DNA of 64,000 nucleotides, from positions 47,370,001 to 47,434,000 of the forward strand of contig CM052816.1 of the NCBI GenBank assembly GCA_028534125.1, given 5' to 3'. Position 1 is the stretch's first letter, and every line of letters starts with the position of its first letter. The notes beneath the pieces were generated by a model. It ran no database searches. It saw only the letters and a list, made by a program, of their open reading frames with translations, and had not been told where the DNA came from. The DNA comes from Lama glama (taxonomy: Eukaryota). Of the stretch, positions 1-13,239 are shown piece after piece. Made by a program: the position numbers and the translations under genes.

Positions 1-3000
1 ATGAATGTCTTTTGTAGCAAAAGGCTTGATGGTTTAAATGAAAAAAAATTCTGATATTCTGGAAACAAATGCTGTTATCAAACGTTCAGCCATTTTAAGC
101 ATCAGTAGGTAGGTTTAGCAGCATGTAAACCAGATATTATACCATGTATGTCAAATTCTATTTTATGACCCTTGTTTATGATTATTATGTGAAATCTGAG
201 AAAGGCCTTGAATTGTCACTGACCCTAATGATCTCCTTTTTTTTCTCTCTCTTTTAATTAAAAAAAAATACGTTGGAGCAGTAAAATCAAGTTTTTCCAT
301 CATTATGGCTACAGGGAATGATAAAATGTGATCATGCTTAACTCTGGGAAAGGAAGGAAGGGTATTCAAATAGGGCTGGTGATTCCTCTTGCTCTTCCAC
401 AGCCGGTGCATGTTAGGTGTGAATTTGCTGTCCTCCCTGTGGTCCACAGTAATCTCATAACTCATAATTATAAGTCTAGTAGTTAAATATGTATATATAT
501 ATATATTTTTTCCAACAACATGATCCTAAACACACATCAGCTTCGTCATCTGGTCTTTAACTGAGGAAACCACCATTGGAGTCAGTGCAAGGAAGGGGTG
601 CACCTGTGTTGGGCTCACTGCGATGTCACCAGACTCTTCTGTGTCATTAATTTGTGGAATATTTTTTCCTTAGTTGTGACTGTATTTCCTCTTTGTTTTG
701 ATTTTAAAACTTATCCACAATTAGATAAGCTTTAGCCTAAAGGCTAATGGTTTTTTCCTCCTTAAATGAATAGTTAGGGAAGCAATACCTAAAGCACTCT
801 ATTGAGGTGGGGGAAACTTTGAATAGAGATCCATGGAAAGGATGCGACAAGCACTGAATTGGCTGTTGAATAATTGTTAGCCAGACAGAGAAGTGGAAAT
901 GCAAGTATTAAAAGCCCATTCAAATCAAAGGAAGAGTTTTGACTTAAACTTAACATGTAAGAATAGCTAGACGTTTGGCTGTTTCTACAAAGATGTGGAA
1001 ACATGGATCAGTGGAAATCTCAGCATGTTTCTCAGGTTACTCTCCACGGGACTAGAGCTGGCAGATAGAGGCTTCAAGAAGCAGTATGCCAAGGTGCCTG
1101 CTTCAGGAAGGTTAGATGGAAGATAATAAAAATGTGCTACCCTAAGGGTCCAGCAAGTAGTTTTCTATTCTTAGTTTCTTCACTTGGGCGAGTCATTCTA
1201 AGGTCTCTCCTTGCTTTCCTTTTCCCTCTTTACAATGGGTCAAATGGTACCTACTTCACAGAGATCATTAGGGATTAACTGCAGAGAGTTTCAGGATTCC
1301 TTAGAAAAGAATCATATACTCTCCCAGAAAATGGGGTTTGTACGGAAGCTGAATTAGAGTCCAGGCCAGCTTTACTGTAGGCTTATCTCCTGGGACATTA
1401 GCAGCTGGAAGGTTAAGACTCTGTAACTTGGTGAGGTATTAAGCATGGTGGGCCTGTGTCCACGCAGCCGTGGCTCTACAACTGAGTTTTTCTGTTTTAT
1501 CTGGATATTTAGAGTGGCTTAAACATAGTCTGTGAGTGCTCAGGAAATGCTGACTTACAATATTTCAGGAGTGAGCCATTCATCATCACATGCTCCTGTG
1601 AGGTAGTAAGATATTGTCACCCTCACCTGCCTGTTCTTATTTGATAAATGCTAATTGATATTATCTGACTTTCAAATGAATTATAAGAAGGTGGGTTTGT
1701 TGCAGCCCTCCTTATTAATTTCGGTTGGATAGTTCTGACTTTCACCTAACCCTGATGAATAGCTGGTATCTGCATGTCTTGTGTTTGCTTCACACCTCAA
1801 CACTGCTGGGAATAATACAAAGGAAAGCTGCCTTCCCTAAACAGAAAAACCTTAGGGAGTCAGTACAAAAAAGATGAAAGAAGAATGAATATAATGTGAA
1901 ACGGGCCCATAGATCCTTGGATATCATAATAGCTGCCTGGAAATAAGAATCTTCTCTAAGGAGGAGTCTGAGGTCTTATATATTTTCCATTAAAAATACG
2001 GATTAATGAAAAATTTGGAGTTAGTATTTAATTTTAATTATTGTCCCTTAAAAATGAATGTACACAAACATATAAGATGAAGCAACCTGTCTTTGTCCAT
2101 GTATGAATTGCTTTAATGATTAACAGACAATGTCTTAGGAAAACAAAAATCTTCTCACCTTCCAAATTTTCTCAGTATGTCATTCATTTAGAGTAAATAA
2201 CTTCATTCTCATAATGGTTGGAGGCTTTAGTCTTTCAGGTTTTTTCTTGTTTTAGCAGTGAATCCATTGAAAATATAGTAAGGGTTGATAGTACAGAACC
2301 AATTCACAATAATTATTTGTGATGAAGAAATTAACCGCAAGTTGGGCTACACTCACATTTGCTTGTAACCTGTGTTCAGGGACACTGATCATACAAGGAA
2401 ATGGAATTAACTTGTGCCTAATATTTCTTGGTTGCACTGTGGTCTTAGCCTTTTTAGTGGCTCTGATCCCTAAGCTGTTTTAAAAGGAAAGGAATAGTCA
2501 TGTAGCCAATGGAGAAGGTTGCAGAGCACCCAGAGCCCTCTAGTAGAATGACTTAAGAGCTCAGATGGCTGGAAGTCTTGACATGAAGTTTAGTTTGGAA
2601 GGCACACTGAAAATCACTCTCACAAACACTCTGTCATTCGTTCTTTTCCACTGAGTCTACAATATTTTCTGTAGGAGCAGTGGAGTTACATCTTAAATTT
2701 CTACCAAAAGATAAGTCAGTGACTTAAATAAAAGTTCACACCAACAACATCACTAGCATCAAATTGTCCTTTAGAGGAAGGAAAAAAAGTGAAAGCTGTG
2801 AGGAATGGAAGCAACGGAAAACAGGTTGTCGCGCCACCATTTTCTAGAGGCTAAACTGTGATAGGACTTGATCATCACTGTTTCTCAGTTTTCTAGCCTC
2901 TGAGTCAAATTAGTACCACCTGGTGTGATTTGAAATGACCCCAAAAGAGCTGGTGATGCCTCATGGTAAAGTGTGAAAGACATTCTATTTAACAGGTATT

Positions 3001-6000
3001 ATGTGTCTCCAAGTCAAAAACATTTTTTTTAAGTTTATTTTCCCCACTTGGTTGCTGACATTAACTTAGAACATTTTTGTTCATCAGAAGGTCTGCTTCT
3101 GCTTCATTCATTCCAGCTTTCTCCTTTAGCTTGGGATATAACCATCAAGCTCTGGTCTCACAAAGGAGATTGGGCCAGGGTGTTATGGGTTATTCAATCC
3201 ACGGCAGGTGGAAGGGGTGTTGCAGAAACACTGCCACTGGAATTCTGTTTCTTAGACTTTTATTTTATGCCTGCCCATGAGTTCCATTTCCAGTCTTGAT
3301 CCTGGATTTTCAGTGGACAAGTGAAGGGAAGTAAAGAGCAGAGAGGGCAGATGATTGGGAAAGTTTCTATCAGCACTTCTTTCTAATCCTTTCTACCTAA
3401 GGGTAATATAATTTTAAGAGATACTAAAAGCCACAGAACACCATTTTGCTCTAAGGGCCACTCTTCCTGATGATAACGTGCTGATTGGCTGTAGTCCAGA
3501 GTGGTGCCTTCCTCGGCCCCTGCCTGACTCTATGCAAGGCAAGGGTACAGGTTGCTATCTGAGAACTCCAACCAAAACATTTAGGGAAGCATCAGGGGGG
3601 ATGGTTAGCAATCTTTAGTCACTTTGTCCCTGGGCTCAGCAGCCTGGCTTTAGGAGTGCACAATAGCACTAGAAAGGACAACATTTAAAAAGGCAACGGT
3701 GGTCTGTTCTGGAGTCCAGTGGGGGCTCTGATGCATTCTAAATGGACCTAAAGAAAGTTCCTAATTCAGCTAAAAGAATACCCTAAGAAGATGAAATAAC
3801 ATATTTCCAGGGAACCACTGAGATTGGGAGATGACACAGCTTTTAGGGGGAGATGTGAGTCTTTCCTGTTCACTTCAGTCTGGCGCCAAGTCTGTGGTGG
3901 CTTTTGGCGACGCCCCCTATACTTTATAGGAATCTTGGCCAAGGAAAAAGAAAAGTGCAAACTCTTTCTCTACCTACTTACAGAGGGGTATCTGGAGGCT
4001 CTGCCACTTTTTTTCTTTTTAGCTAAAGCTACGCTGACTATGGGAGGTACTTGGGTACCATCTGGGATTGTCTAGGTCGCTTTAGAAGAAAACATGAGAG
4101 AATGAATAGGAATGAAGAGTGACCAGAAAGTATGAAATGTTGGCCTCTTATCCCAAATCTGCTGATTTACAAACCAATGTGAGCTATTTCCTATCTCTCA
4201 TAGGAATATGCCACTTCATACCTGTGATTCTTTATGAGAATAGTGGGATATTTAACCAGTTGCTTGTGAGGCAGTATGATAAATAATATTATGTGAAACA
4301 GCACTGTGACTTTATTTATGCATCTGTAAGTGGAGAGTAGTTGTATATTATCAAAAAGTGGTTTTGTAGAGTCCAGACCGGCCACCTCAGAGTAGACTGA
4401 GACCAAAGAATTTATCTCAGTGTCCTGTTGCTTTGTTCTTGCATATTCATGGAAAAAAATTCTAACATTTTTTGATGAACAATTAGTTTAGGGAGAATCT
4501 CCTGGACAGATTGTAGCGTTGTATTGCAGAGTTGAAATTTGAAGATTTCAACACATTTGTCTTCAATGCCAACGTAAATCAGAGATGAATTACGTGTAAT
4601 CAGTAAAATGGGTTTAATACATGGCCTATAGGTTTTGGGAACCAATTAATATTTGTAAGCATATTATCAAAGTTCTTAAGTTAGGGGCATTATAGAAGTG
4701 CATTTTAGTAGATTGAGTTCAAATTAAAAAAACAATTCACAATTGTATAGTGCCTAAAGGAAGAGTAAAGGAGAAAGAAAAAAAAAAGACATTTTTAGAT
4801 AGGCTAATAACTTTCTGTCCTGAAATGTATCTTTGATGTTATAAAGAAGAATAAAACACTTAGAAAACAATGAATAAAACTAGTACTGAAAAGACTGACA
4901 AAGAGTTGTTTTTTCCCCCCCTCCGTCTTCTAAAGGCTAACCTCCAAATAAAATCTTACGCTGAAGTTTGAAACTGTCTGCTGCAGACAATTGCCACTTT
5001 CCAAGTACGGGCTGCCAAGAGCACAAAGAGCAAAGTTTAGTCAAAGTTCATTTTCAGGTCACCCACCCTGGAACCATCAATCTGGACAACCTCTGGGTAA
5101 CCTCTTCCAAGCTTGTGGACTGGAGCGGGATCCTTTGCAGCCTCATTAGAGCATGCAATAATTAATTTGTCTTAAATAGGAAATTAAACAGTCATGTACA
5201 GTGTAGAGAGGAGGTCAGAAAGTGGATCCTGAGGTGCATTCACAACCTCTGTTTGGGGGTCCTCCCAGGCCTGCAGGGAGGTGGAGCAGACTCAGAAGAA
5301 AAATAATTGTGTAGGACAAACGTTACAAAACCTCCATGACAAAAAGCATACATAAATAGGAGAGAAATCTGACCTGAGAACAAATCGCCAGTGTTTTTAA
5401 TGCTGCTCAGGCATGCCTGTCTTTCAGAAGACTTAGGGTGAGAACTCAGGCAAAGATGACTTCACAAATCCAGTGTGTATTAACCCAGAAAACTCACCGT
5501 TGTCCTTGAACTTACTACGAATTGTATCCTAGACTTGTATTCATGAACTAGAGATTCTGTCATGAGAAAATGGGAGAAAAGATCTAATGTGGAGTTCTAT
5601 TGAGTCAATGTTATTTGTGAATTCTTAGTGAATCAAACCATTGTCTTCCAAGATACCATTTTGACATAATTAGAGAAGTCGAATGGATAGAATTAGCAAT
5701 GCACACAGGAAATTTTGAAAAAAAGATAAAATGCTATTTATTTCTTAACAATAGAAGAATACAAAGTGTCTGATTACTGTTCCATCCAAAGCCTGTGATA
5801 TCTATCTAGAATTTTACTATAAAAATTTTAATAGCTGGAAATTAATTTTTACATAATAAAATAGAAATTTAGAAACCATGATGCTATTTATTATATGTGA
5901 GGATATGATCAAATTTATAGTCTTTTGGTCTCTTTATATTTTTGATGAACTTAATACAATATAAGTTTATAATGGCAAATTACAGACTTATTAAGTAAAA

Positions 6001-6384
6001 TAGTTTGTATGTGATAAGGAATAAAAAATGTAAATTATGAAATAAAGGTAAATACAGGTAGTTGGAAGAGGAATTGTTCAAAGTTGTAAGGACTGGAAAG
6101 CAAAGTGCTCTGAAAAATTGATGTGTATTTGTCAAGGAAATCTATGGTTACACAGCATCAAGAGAAAAAAAAATCATATCCAAGTCCATTGAACATGTTG
6201 CCATAGATATGAAAAACACATCTTTGAATATTAAAAATGCTGAGCCTTAAATTACTATTTGATTTTAAGTCTCTAGTTCTTCCACATCATGCTCATTTTT
6301 AATGCTAGTACCTTAGTCCATTAAGTCTATCACTTAAATTTTTTCCCTGAAAATAAGCTATGTGTCTTGTGATCTGGGTTTTTT

Positions 6385-6764
6385 GTTTTTTTTTGTTTTT
6401 TTTTTTTTTGAAGTAAAGTGACCTACATCAATATGTTATCTCCAGGTGCACAATATAGTGATTCAATATTTCTATACATTACAAAATGATCTCCACAGTA
6501 AGTCTAGTTACCATCTGCCACCCTACAAAGTTATTACAATATTGATTGTATTCCTCATGCTGCACGCCTCATCCCTGTGACTCATTATTTTGTAATTCTG
6601 TTTTATCTTTGTTCTTTTTTTTGTTTGTTTTTAAGGTTCCACATATAAATGAAATCATATTGTATTTCTTTTTCTGTCTGACTTATTTCACTTAGTATAA
6701 TACTCTCTTGGTCCATCCATGTTGCAAATGGCAAGATTTCATTCTTTTTTATGGCTGAGTAATA

Positions 6765-6824
<60 letters not shown>

Positions 6825-6952
6825 TTATCTTTATCCATTTATCTATCAATGGGCATTTGGGTTGCTTCCATATCTTGACTATTGTAAATAATGCTGCAAC
6901 GGAGGGGTATATATCTTTTCAAATAAGTGATTTTGGTTTTTTTAGAAAAATA
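6385..6952 (-). mobile_element. 5'-truncated LINE-1 3' end (L1MA-like) with poly(A) tail and TSD
   Basis: Poly-T at 6379-6409. Typical antisense L1 3'UTR text (ctgacttatttcacttagtataat...ccatccatgttgcaaatggcaagatttcattctttttt). Flanking gatctgggtttttt (6371-6384) and gatgtgggtttttt (6953-6966) form a 14-bp TSD with 1 mismatch. Confidence 0.9.
6769..6818. repeat. (GT)25 microsatellite inside L1
   Basis: Read directly: 50 nt of perfect GT repeat. Confidence 0.98.
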
Positions 6953-6960
6953 GATGTGGG

Positions 6961-7743
6961 TTTTTTAAAACATTTGATTAACTGAAGAATAACTTACATA
7001 GAGTAAGATTCACTCTATTAGGTGTACAATTCCATGAATTTTGATAAATATGTATAAGTATATAACTACCACCAAAATTAGGATGTTGAATATTTTCCAT
7101 CATCCCATAAAATTTCCTTATGCCTCTTTGAGGGAATCTCTTCTCATTCATAGCTACTATTGATGTGATTACAATTCTTTTAGTTTAGCCTTTCCAGGAT
7201 GTTATATAAGTAGAATCACTCATATGACTGTCTCTTCACTTAGCATAAAAAATGTATGTTGTATTCAGTAGTTCTTTTTATTGGTGAATAATATTCTATT
7301 GTATGGAAGTACAGCAGTTTATCTCTTCACTGGTTGGATATTTGGATTATTTTCCAGTTTTTGGTAATTATGAATAAAGCTGTTATAAACATTTATATAC
7401 AGGTCTTTGTGTGAATATAAACTTTCATTTTTGTGGGGTAAATACCTCTAAGTGGGATTCCTGAGTCATGCAGTAAATGTATGTTTAACTTTATAAGACT
7501 ATAAGAAATTGCTAATCTATTTGCCAAAGTGGCTATTCCATTTAATATTCCCACAGCAATGCTAGAGAATTCTAATTGGTCTGTATTTTTGTCTACACTT
7601 GGTATTGTCAGTTTTTGAATTTTAGCAATTCTAATATATGCATAGTAGTATCTCCTCATGGTTTTAATTTGATTTACCTAGTGGCTAAAATGTTGGACAC
7701 TTCTCATTATCTTATTTGCCATTTGTATTTCTTCTTTGGTGAA
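6961..7743 (-). mobile_element. Older LINE-1 fragment (L1MB/MC/MD-type): ORF2 C-terminus plus 3'UTR
   Basis: ORF 7393-7659(-) reads MRRYYYAYIRIAKI...HDSGIPLRGIYP..., resembling the L1 ORF2 C-terminus (MRYHLTPVRMAII...DPAIPLLGIYP). Confidence 0.88.
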
Positions 7744-7939
7744 ACCAAAGTCTTATCAAATTGCCGACCAAGTATCAGTAGCTGCTCACCTCCATACTTC
7801 TTGTTTCATGAGGAAAATAAAACCTTATTTGTGTCGAGCTGCTGGTAGTCCTGTTCTTTGTTGCATAAAGCTGAATAATCCTTCCCAAAGTGTACAATCT
7901 CCTTTTTGAATTAAGATTTTGCTCTCATTCCTATATTCT

Positions 7940-8580
7940 TTCTTTTTGTTAATGGTATCACCATTACTCTGTCATCTAAGCCAGAAAATTAGTCCAGTTT
8001 GTATTTTTATTGCTTTCTTTTCTCTCAAGGCAACAGTTCACATCTCTTGAATGAACAATTGCAATAGCCCTTTCACTAGTCTCCATGCCACCAGTTTCCC
8101 CTCCATATTAATGTTCGCCTTAGCACTTTAAAATATAAATAAGATACTGAAGTTCCTCTACTTGAAACCTTTGGTGGTTTATCATGGCTTACAGGAGAAG
8201 ATCTGAAGTTCTTAGCAAGACATGCCAGGCTTTCACAGCCTTTCTCCCATCTGTCTTCTCAGTTTTATCACCTGCCTCTTCTCTTCCCTTCTCTTTTCTC
8301 ACTTGCTTGCTCACATTCTGGCTCCAAGGGAGCAGAACCACTCACCCTTCTCTCTCACAATGCAAGGTCCTTGAGGTGTTATTTGCTCTGTTGGGAAAGG
8401 CCCCTCCCCTTTTTCTCATCTGGACAACCCGTATTCATCTTTCAAAGCCAACATCATATGTCACTTCTATGAAACACTCCCCAAGTCTTCTGATGAGAGT
8501 TACAATCTTTCTTCCTTCTGCTTCCATGAAACTTCATTCCTTCTTTTATTCTTGTACCTTCTCATATTATGTGTTCATGT
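7940..8580 (+). mobile_element. LINE-2 fragment
   Basis: catctcttgaatgaacaattgcaatagccc...cctctacttgaaacctttggtgg resembles the L2 consensus (catctctcacctggactactgcaatagcctcc...cctgcttaaaacccttcaatgg). Confidence 0.75.
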
Positions 8581-8634
8581 AATGGTTTCTCTTGCAGTAT
8601 GTTTGAAGTAGGCGAGGAGTATGCATGCTACTCT

Positions 8635-8821
8635 GAGATCTCTGAAACAAGTTCAGTGTGATATAAAGAAAATCTGTGATTTAAAAAAAGTTTACAGAGT
8701 GACAGTGACTGTAGTATTACTGTAGTTTATTGTACGCTTTCATAATTGAAAAGAATACTGAATTTGAGTCAAGGGTTAGTGGAAATATTCAAATTCACAC
8801 CTGTTTTGTTAAGAATCCTTG
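8635..8821. mobile_element. hAT-Charlie DNA transposon remnant (Charlie4-like)
   Basis: tgtgatataaagaaaatctgtgattt...ttcataattgaaaagaatactgaatttgagtcaagggttagtggaaata...gttaagaatccttg, ending in a Charlie-type terminal motif. Confidence 0.6.
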
Positions 8822-8829
8822 TTATAGAG

Positions 8830-9050
8830 TGTAAGAAGAGGAGAAGGTAAGGATAGAATCGTTAGGCATTCTAACATTTCAGGGTTGAACAGAGGTGATG
8901 TAAAGGAAGCTGAGGAGAACCGGTCAGAGAGGTAGAAGGGGAGTCCGGAGAGTAATTAATTAAGCCAAAGAGTGGGAGAACCTAAGTTTAAGGGAAGAGG
9001 CCAAGAGAAATTAGTGATAAAAAGAGTCTATAAGATTTGATCAACAGAAA
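8830..9050 (-). mobile_element. LINE-2 fragment
   Basis: ggcattctaacatttcaggg...aaaggaagctgaggagaaccggtcagagaggtagaagg resembles antisense L2. Confidence 0.65.
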
Positions 9051-9594
9051 CCTTTGCTTGAATGATGTCTGACTTTTATGATAGTCATTAGCTTTATATT
9101 GGTTTAGGAGGAGTAAGTTATTTTTTTCCTCTGGCTCATCAGACCACCAGGTATGGATTTGTAGAGCTTAGAGACCAAATTCTATAACACAAAGATAACC
9201 TTGAGGCCTTTTCTGGCCATAAAAGTACCAGTCTCATAAAATGATTAAAAGTGATAATGTTCGGTCTATAATTAATCATGGGAAATGGGGACATAAATTT
9301 TAGCAACTTTATGTCATTATGAGTTTGTGTAAAGGATTTTGTTAGAAGAAATAGACTTAAGACCACGTGACACATGAACTATGTTGCTAGATAAGGAGAT
9401 GGCTGGGTGCATGACTCCTTGTTTAATCACCTGTTCTATTTTTTATGATTTAATATATGAATCTCTTTTACATGATTGCATTTCAGATTTGATTGATTTT
9501 GGTTTTTAATTGTTAAATATGGAATTGATTAGACTTAGTTTTATGGGCATATAATTGGATGTAAATTAGGCTTTGGTAAAATTCAAATTGAAAT

Positions 9595-9700
9595 TATATT
9601 AGGCAAATTCCTTAATCTTTTTTTTTGCCTCAGTTTCTTCATTTGTAAAAATTAAAGCCTTGGACTAGATGACCTTGGTCCTTTTAAGGTCTAATAGTCG
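9595..9700 (+). mobile_element. MIR/MIR3 SINE fragment
   Basis: MIR core gcctcagtttcttcatttgtaaaa followed by the MIR3-type tail ttggactagatgacct. Confidence 0.7.
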
Positions 9701-10029
9701 AAGACACCAGTTTTATGCAGAGGAAATAACTTTGTACTTAATCAAATCCATCATTTTTCCAAGTGATTATTTTGGCTTCTGAAAGCTTATGAGAAATCCG
9801 TTCATTTATGACTATTTGTATCCATTATCTAGACAGTGTCCTTATATAGATAGGAGTTAGTAACCACATCAGTCCTAACTTGGAAAATGATATCTCTCTT
9901 TCCAGTAGCCAAATTTTAAACATAGAGGGTGACAGGCTTAAAGCAACCAGTGCTGTCTGTCTGAGTTATCTACATTGAATTATTACAAAGCCATATTCAT
10001 TTTTAGAATTGCAGCAGATCTTGAGAGAA

Positions 10030-13000
10030 TTCAATGCCATGTGGCCTCTCAGGTCACACAGCCTAAGAAACAGGGCTGCCTACCTGCAGCTGGTGCAGTG
10101 CTGCAGACTTCTTTCCTGTCCTCGGCCAAGGTCAAAGCTGGCTGCCTTTCATGTCAGTGAGTAAGTTGGTCCGAGTATGGAATGTGCTACTTCCAGAACC
10201 TGAAGAGTCATGCCAGGGGTCGCTCTTCTTTCTTCGTGATGGGAATGTGAAGATGCAATAATTTGTGTTTTACTTTTATCTTTTTTTAAAATTGAAATAT
10301 AGTCGGTTTACCATGTTGTTCATTTCTGGTGTACAGCATAGTGTTTCAGTTATATATATATTCTTTTTCATATTCTTTTTTATTATAGGTTATTATAAGA
10401 TTGAATGTAGTTCCCTGTGCTATACAGTAAGACCTTGTTGTTTGTCTGTTTTATATATAGTAGTTAGTATATGCAAATCCCAAATTCCCAATGTATCCCT
10501 ACCCCTTCTTCCCCCAGTAGCCATGAGTTTTTTTCTACGTCTGTGAGTCTGTTTCTGCTTTGCAAATAAGCGCATTTATGTCTTTCTTTTAGATTTGTGT
10601 TTTACTTTTGAGGGAATGTTCTGGCATACACCAGATCCACTCAACCCCTTAAAAATTCACTGTTAGGTGAAATCCCTGAATCTCTGTAAGGTTTATCCTC
10701 CACTCTGGAACACATGTGTCTTACCAAGGCCCCCCACATACTTGCCAATTCTTGCTCATCTGGTCTGATTAACACGATGTCATCGATACAGCCGGCCGAT
10801 GGGATGTTCTGTGGAATGTCCAGATGATCCAGGTGATTCATTTGGACTATAACATGACAGAGGTTTGCAGAGTTAACATAGCCTCGGGCAAGATTAAATG
10901 TGTATGAGTGTCCATCTCACATGAATCTGAATGACTTCGGACTCTTTTTCCTGATAGGAGGAGAAAAGATCACATTTGCCAGATCAATGGCTGCATGGCT
11001 TATACCTGGGATTCTATTAATCTGCTGTAGTAAATACACCACGTCTGGCGCAGCAGCTGCAATCGGTTAGGCTTGCGGTAGTCAAATGTCACATACGAGA
11101 TCCATCTGGGTTTGTACAATTTATTATGGACATGATGGGTTTAAATGGGATGTGATGGTGACCACTACCTCTGCATTCTTTAGATCCATAAGGGTGGCAG
11201 TGTCCTCTGCCACTACCACCAGGATGAAATTGTAGTTTTAGTTGTGAAAGGGAAGTTTCAGGGGTTTCCACTGGGCTTTTTCTACTATGATGGTTTTACC
11301 CTATATGCCAATGACATAATGTGGAGGTCCTGCAGATCACCAAATATTTCCATTCCGAAAACACCTCTGGAGACCAAGGTAATGACCACTATGAACCTAG
11401 TGGGCCTGCTATAAGCCAAACTTGGGCCAGGGCTCTGCTTCATACCTGGCTCCCATACATCTCCACTGCAAAAGGGGCTATGATGACTCTTGGGGCCTCT
11501 GGTTGTCAATGTTAATTTGGACCTGTGTCTAAAAGCCCTCACAAAGTGTAAGTGTTCTTTTCCAAGTTCATGGTGATCTGAGTAGATGGCTAGAGGTAGG
11601 TCCTTTTAATGAAGGACCACCACCTATGCTTGCAGTGCTGTTGCAAAGCTCTTTCTCGTAGGGACTCAGTATCTCTTTTAGCCATTGGATTTTAGGTCTC
11701 AGACTGGCTCAGGTCTACAAACTGGGCCTTTTGCTAGGGCAGCTCCCCTAAGCCTCTTGATTATCGATCCTTGATTTCTTTTTTGTTGTGTATATTAAGA
11801 CATACACTTGTAGGCAGTCCATGACCTTCCCTTAGGAATGCCGTGTTCTTTGAACTATCTCCATGGCTCCTTGTGAGTAATGACCCTCTCATAACGATAA
11901 TGTCCCCCAACTTGCTTATGATGGTTCAGCTTCATCACTGCTTGGCCTCTATTATCACCCCTAGCAACCCTCCTGGACTGTCATCTCTACTGCTTTCAGG
12001 GAAAGAAGTTCTGTAATAGCATCTCCTGCCTTAGCTCTGGCCTACAGACAACAGCCACCACTGATCTTCTCAGTGACACCAGTGCCCTGCTGACTAGCTT
12101 GTTTCTTGTCCTGTTCTCTAAGCCCTCCCCTGAAGGTAGTCTGCTGATGGGTTCTCCAGCCTTTTGCAGTCTATCCACACCAGAATGCCCATTTCCCTGA
12201 ACCTGTCGATCCTTTCTTCCACATTGCCATGGTGGTCCTAGCATTTCTACCTCACTTAGTGTGGATTAGGGCCTTTTTTTTAAGAACCCAAGAGCCGTCT
12301 AGGAGTGTGTTTGCACTGTTGCCAGGGTCCTTGCCAGGGTGTTAAATCTTGTATCATGGGAGAATGCTTCCATACCAAAAAACTCTCCATTATGCAAATT
12401 CATGCTCTGCACCCTTTTGATCCCACACCATCGGGATTTAGTCCTACTCTCCTGGCTTCCACTGGCATGTTTCCTAGCTGTAACTCCTTTAGCGTATATT
12501 TCCTTTTCTGTATTATTAGACCCAGAAATTTCCTGGCCTAGTTATGTCATGACTTCACTCTAACAATTGGTTTGGTAGCTCGAGATGAAAGAGGTAGATC
12601 TTGAAAAGAGCACATGTTGTCTCTCAAAGCAGAGGCACTACATCATTCGTAAGGAAGGGTGGAACATTAGCCTTTAACACAAATAAATGGGCCACTGTGC
12701 AGGTCCAGAGGGGTCAGCAAAACCTAAGGATTTAAGATTTTCTAGAACATTGACCTAAATATTCCTATCCCATGTTTTATGGTCCTGTACCTTTCTCATC
12801 AGGGTCCTGACCTTGGAATAGCAGACTTGTATGGGCGGAGAATGAAACATTTTCTGGAAATATGCTACTTTATGGTTAAGTACTGGCTCTGATACTTAGC
12901 GTTTCCCGCCCTTTGGCTGCAAAGATTAAGAGTTCCTTTATATGCTTCCAAGAAGACCCTCTGGATTTCACACTTTTCCTTAATTGAATGGTTAATTATC

Positions 13001-13239
13001 CTTAGCTTTCATTAAAACCTCCATTACTAAATCCTCCAAATTTCTAAAATACCTGAGAAATTGCCCACACCAATGCATTCCCCTCCATCAGTTTGCCATT
13101 GGTGAAAGTTACAATGGAACTGTCACAGCAAGCTAGGAGCTATCAGGGACAGGGTCCTTCCTGCCAGCTGGCCAAAGGATGAGCCAGCTCAAACATTCTA
13201 CCTTAGAGTCTGCTTGCTAGGATTACTCTTGGTACTAAC
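10030..13239 (-). mobile_element. Degenerate class III endogenous retrovirus (ERVL; HERV16/ERV3-16A3-like) internal region: gag-pro-RT, 3'-truncated
   Basis: Minus-strand translation gives gag-like RIDRFREMGILVWI (~12.2 kb) and protease LDTG (11521-11532). RT segments read IAAAAPDVVYLLQQIN, AAIDLANVIFS, GYVNSANLCH, LDHLDIPQNI...CIDDIVLIRPDEQE (YIDD decayed), IPSKVKHKLLHL, LFRFWK*HIPY and KAASF. There are many stops and frameshifts. A degenerate tRNA-Leu-type primer binding site (TAGTACCAAGAGTAA on the minus strand) lies at ~13223-13237. Confidence 0.92.
10278..10592 (-). mobile_element. Short cetartiodactyl-type L1 3' end inserted in ERVL pol
   Basis: Typical text ggtgtacagcatagtg...gttccctgtgctatacagtaagaccttgttg. 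Perfect 17-bp TSD atttgtgttttactttt at 10261-10277 and 10593-10609. Confidence 0.93.

Noticed and set aside
1599..1620. TGAGGTAGTAAG, identical to the 5' end of miR-98/let-7 family members
   Set aside because: It diverges after 12 nt, I see no complementary star arm, and the context (cctgtgaggtag...attgtcaccctca) fits an antisense MIR fragment.
3890..3925. CTCF-like motif (TAGGGGGCGTC on the minus strand); weaker ones at ~3717, ~34051 and ~35915
   Set aside because: Only partial core matches that cannot be separated from background without PWM scoring or ChIP.
8184..8582. 132-aa Leu/Ser/Phe-rich ORF
   Set aside because: Lies in pyrimidine-rich L2 sequence; a compositional artefact.
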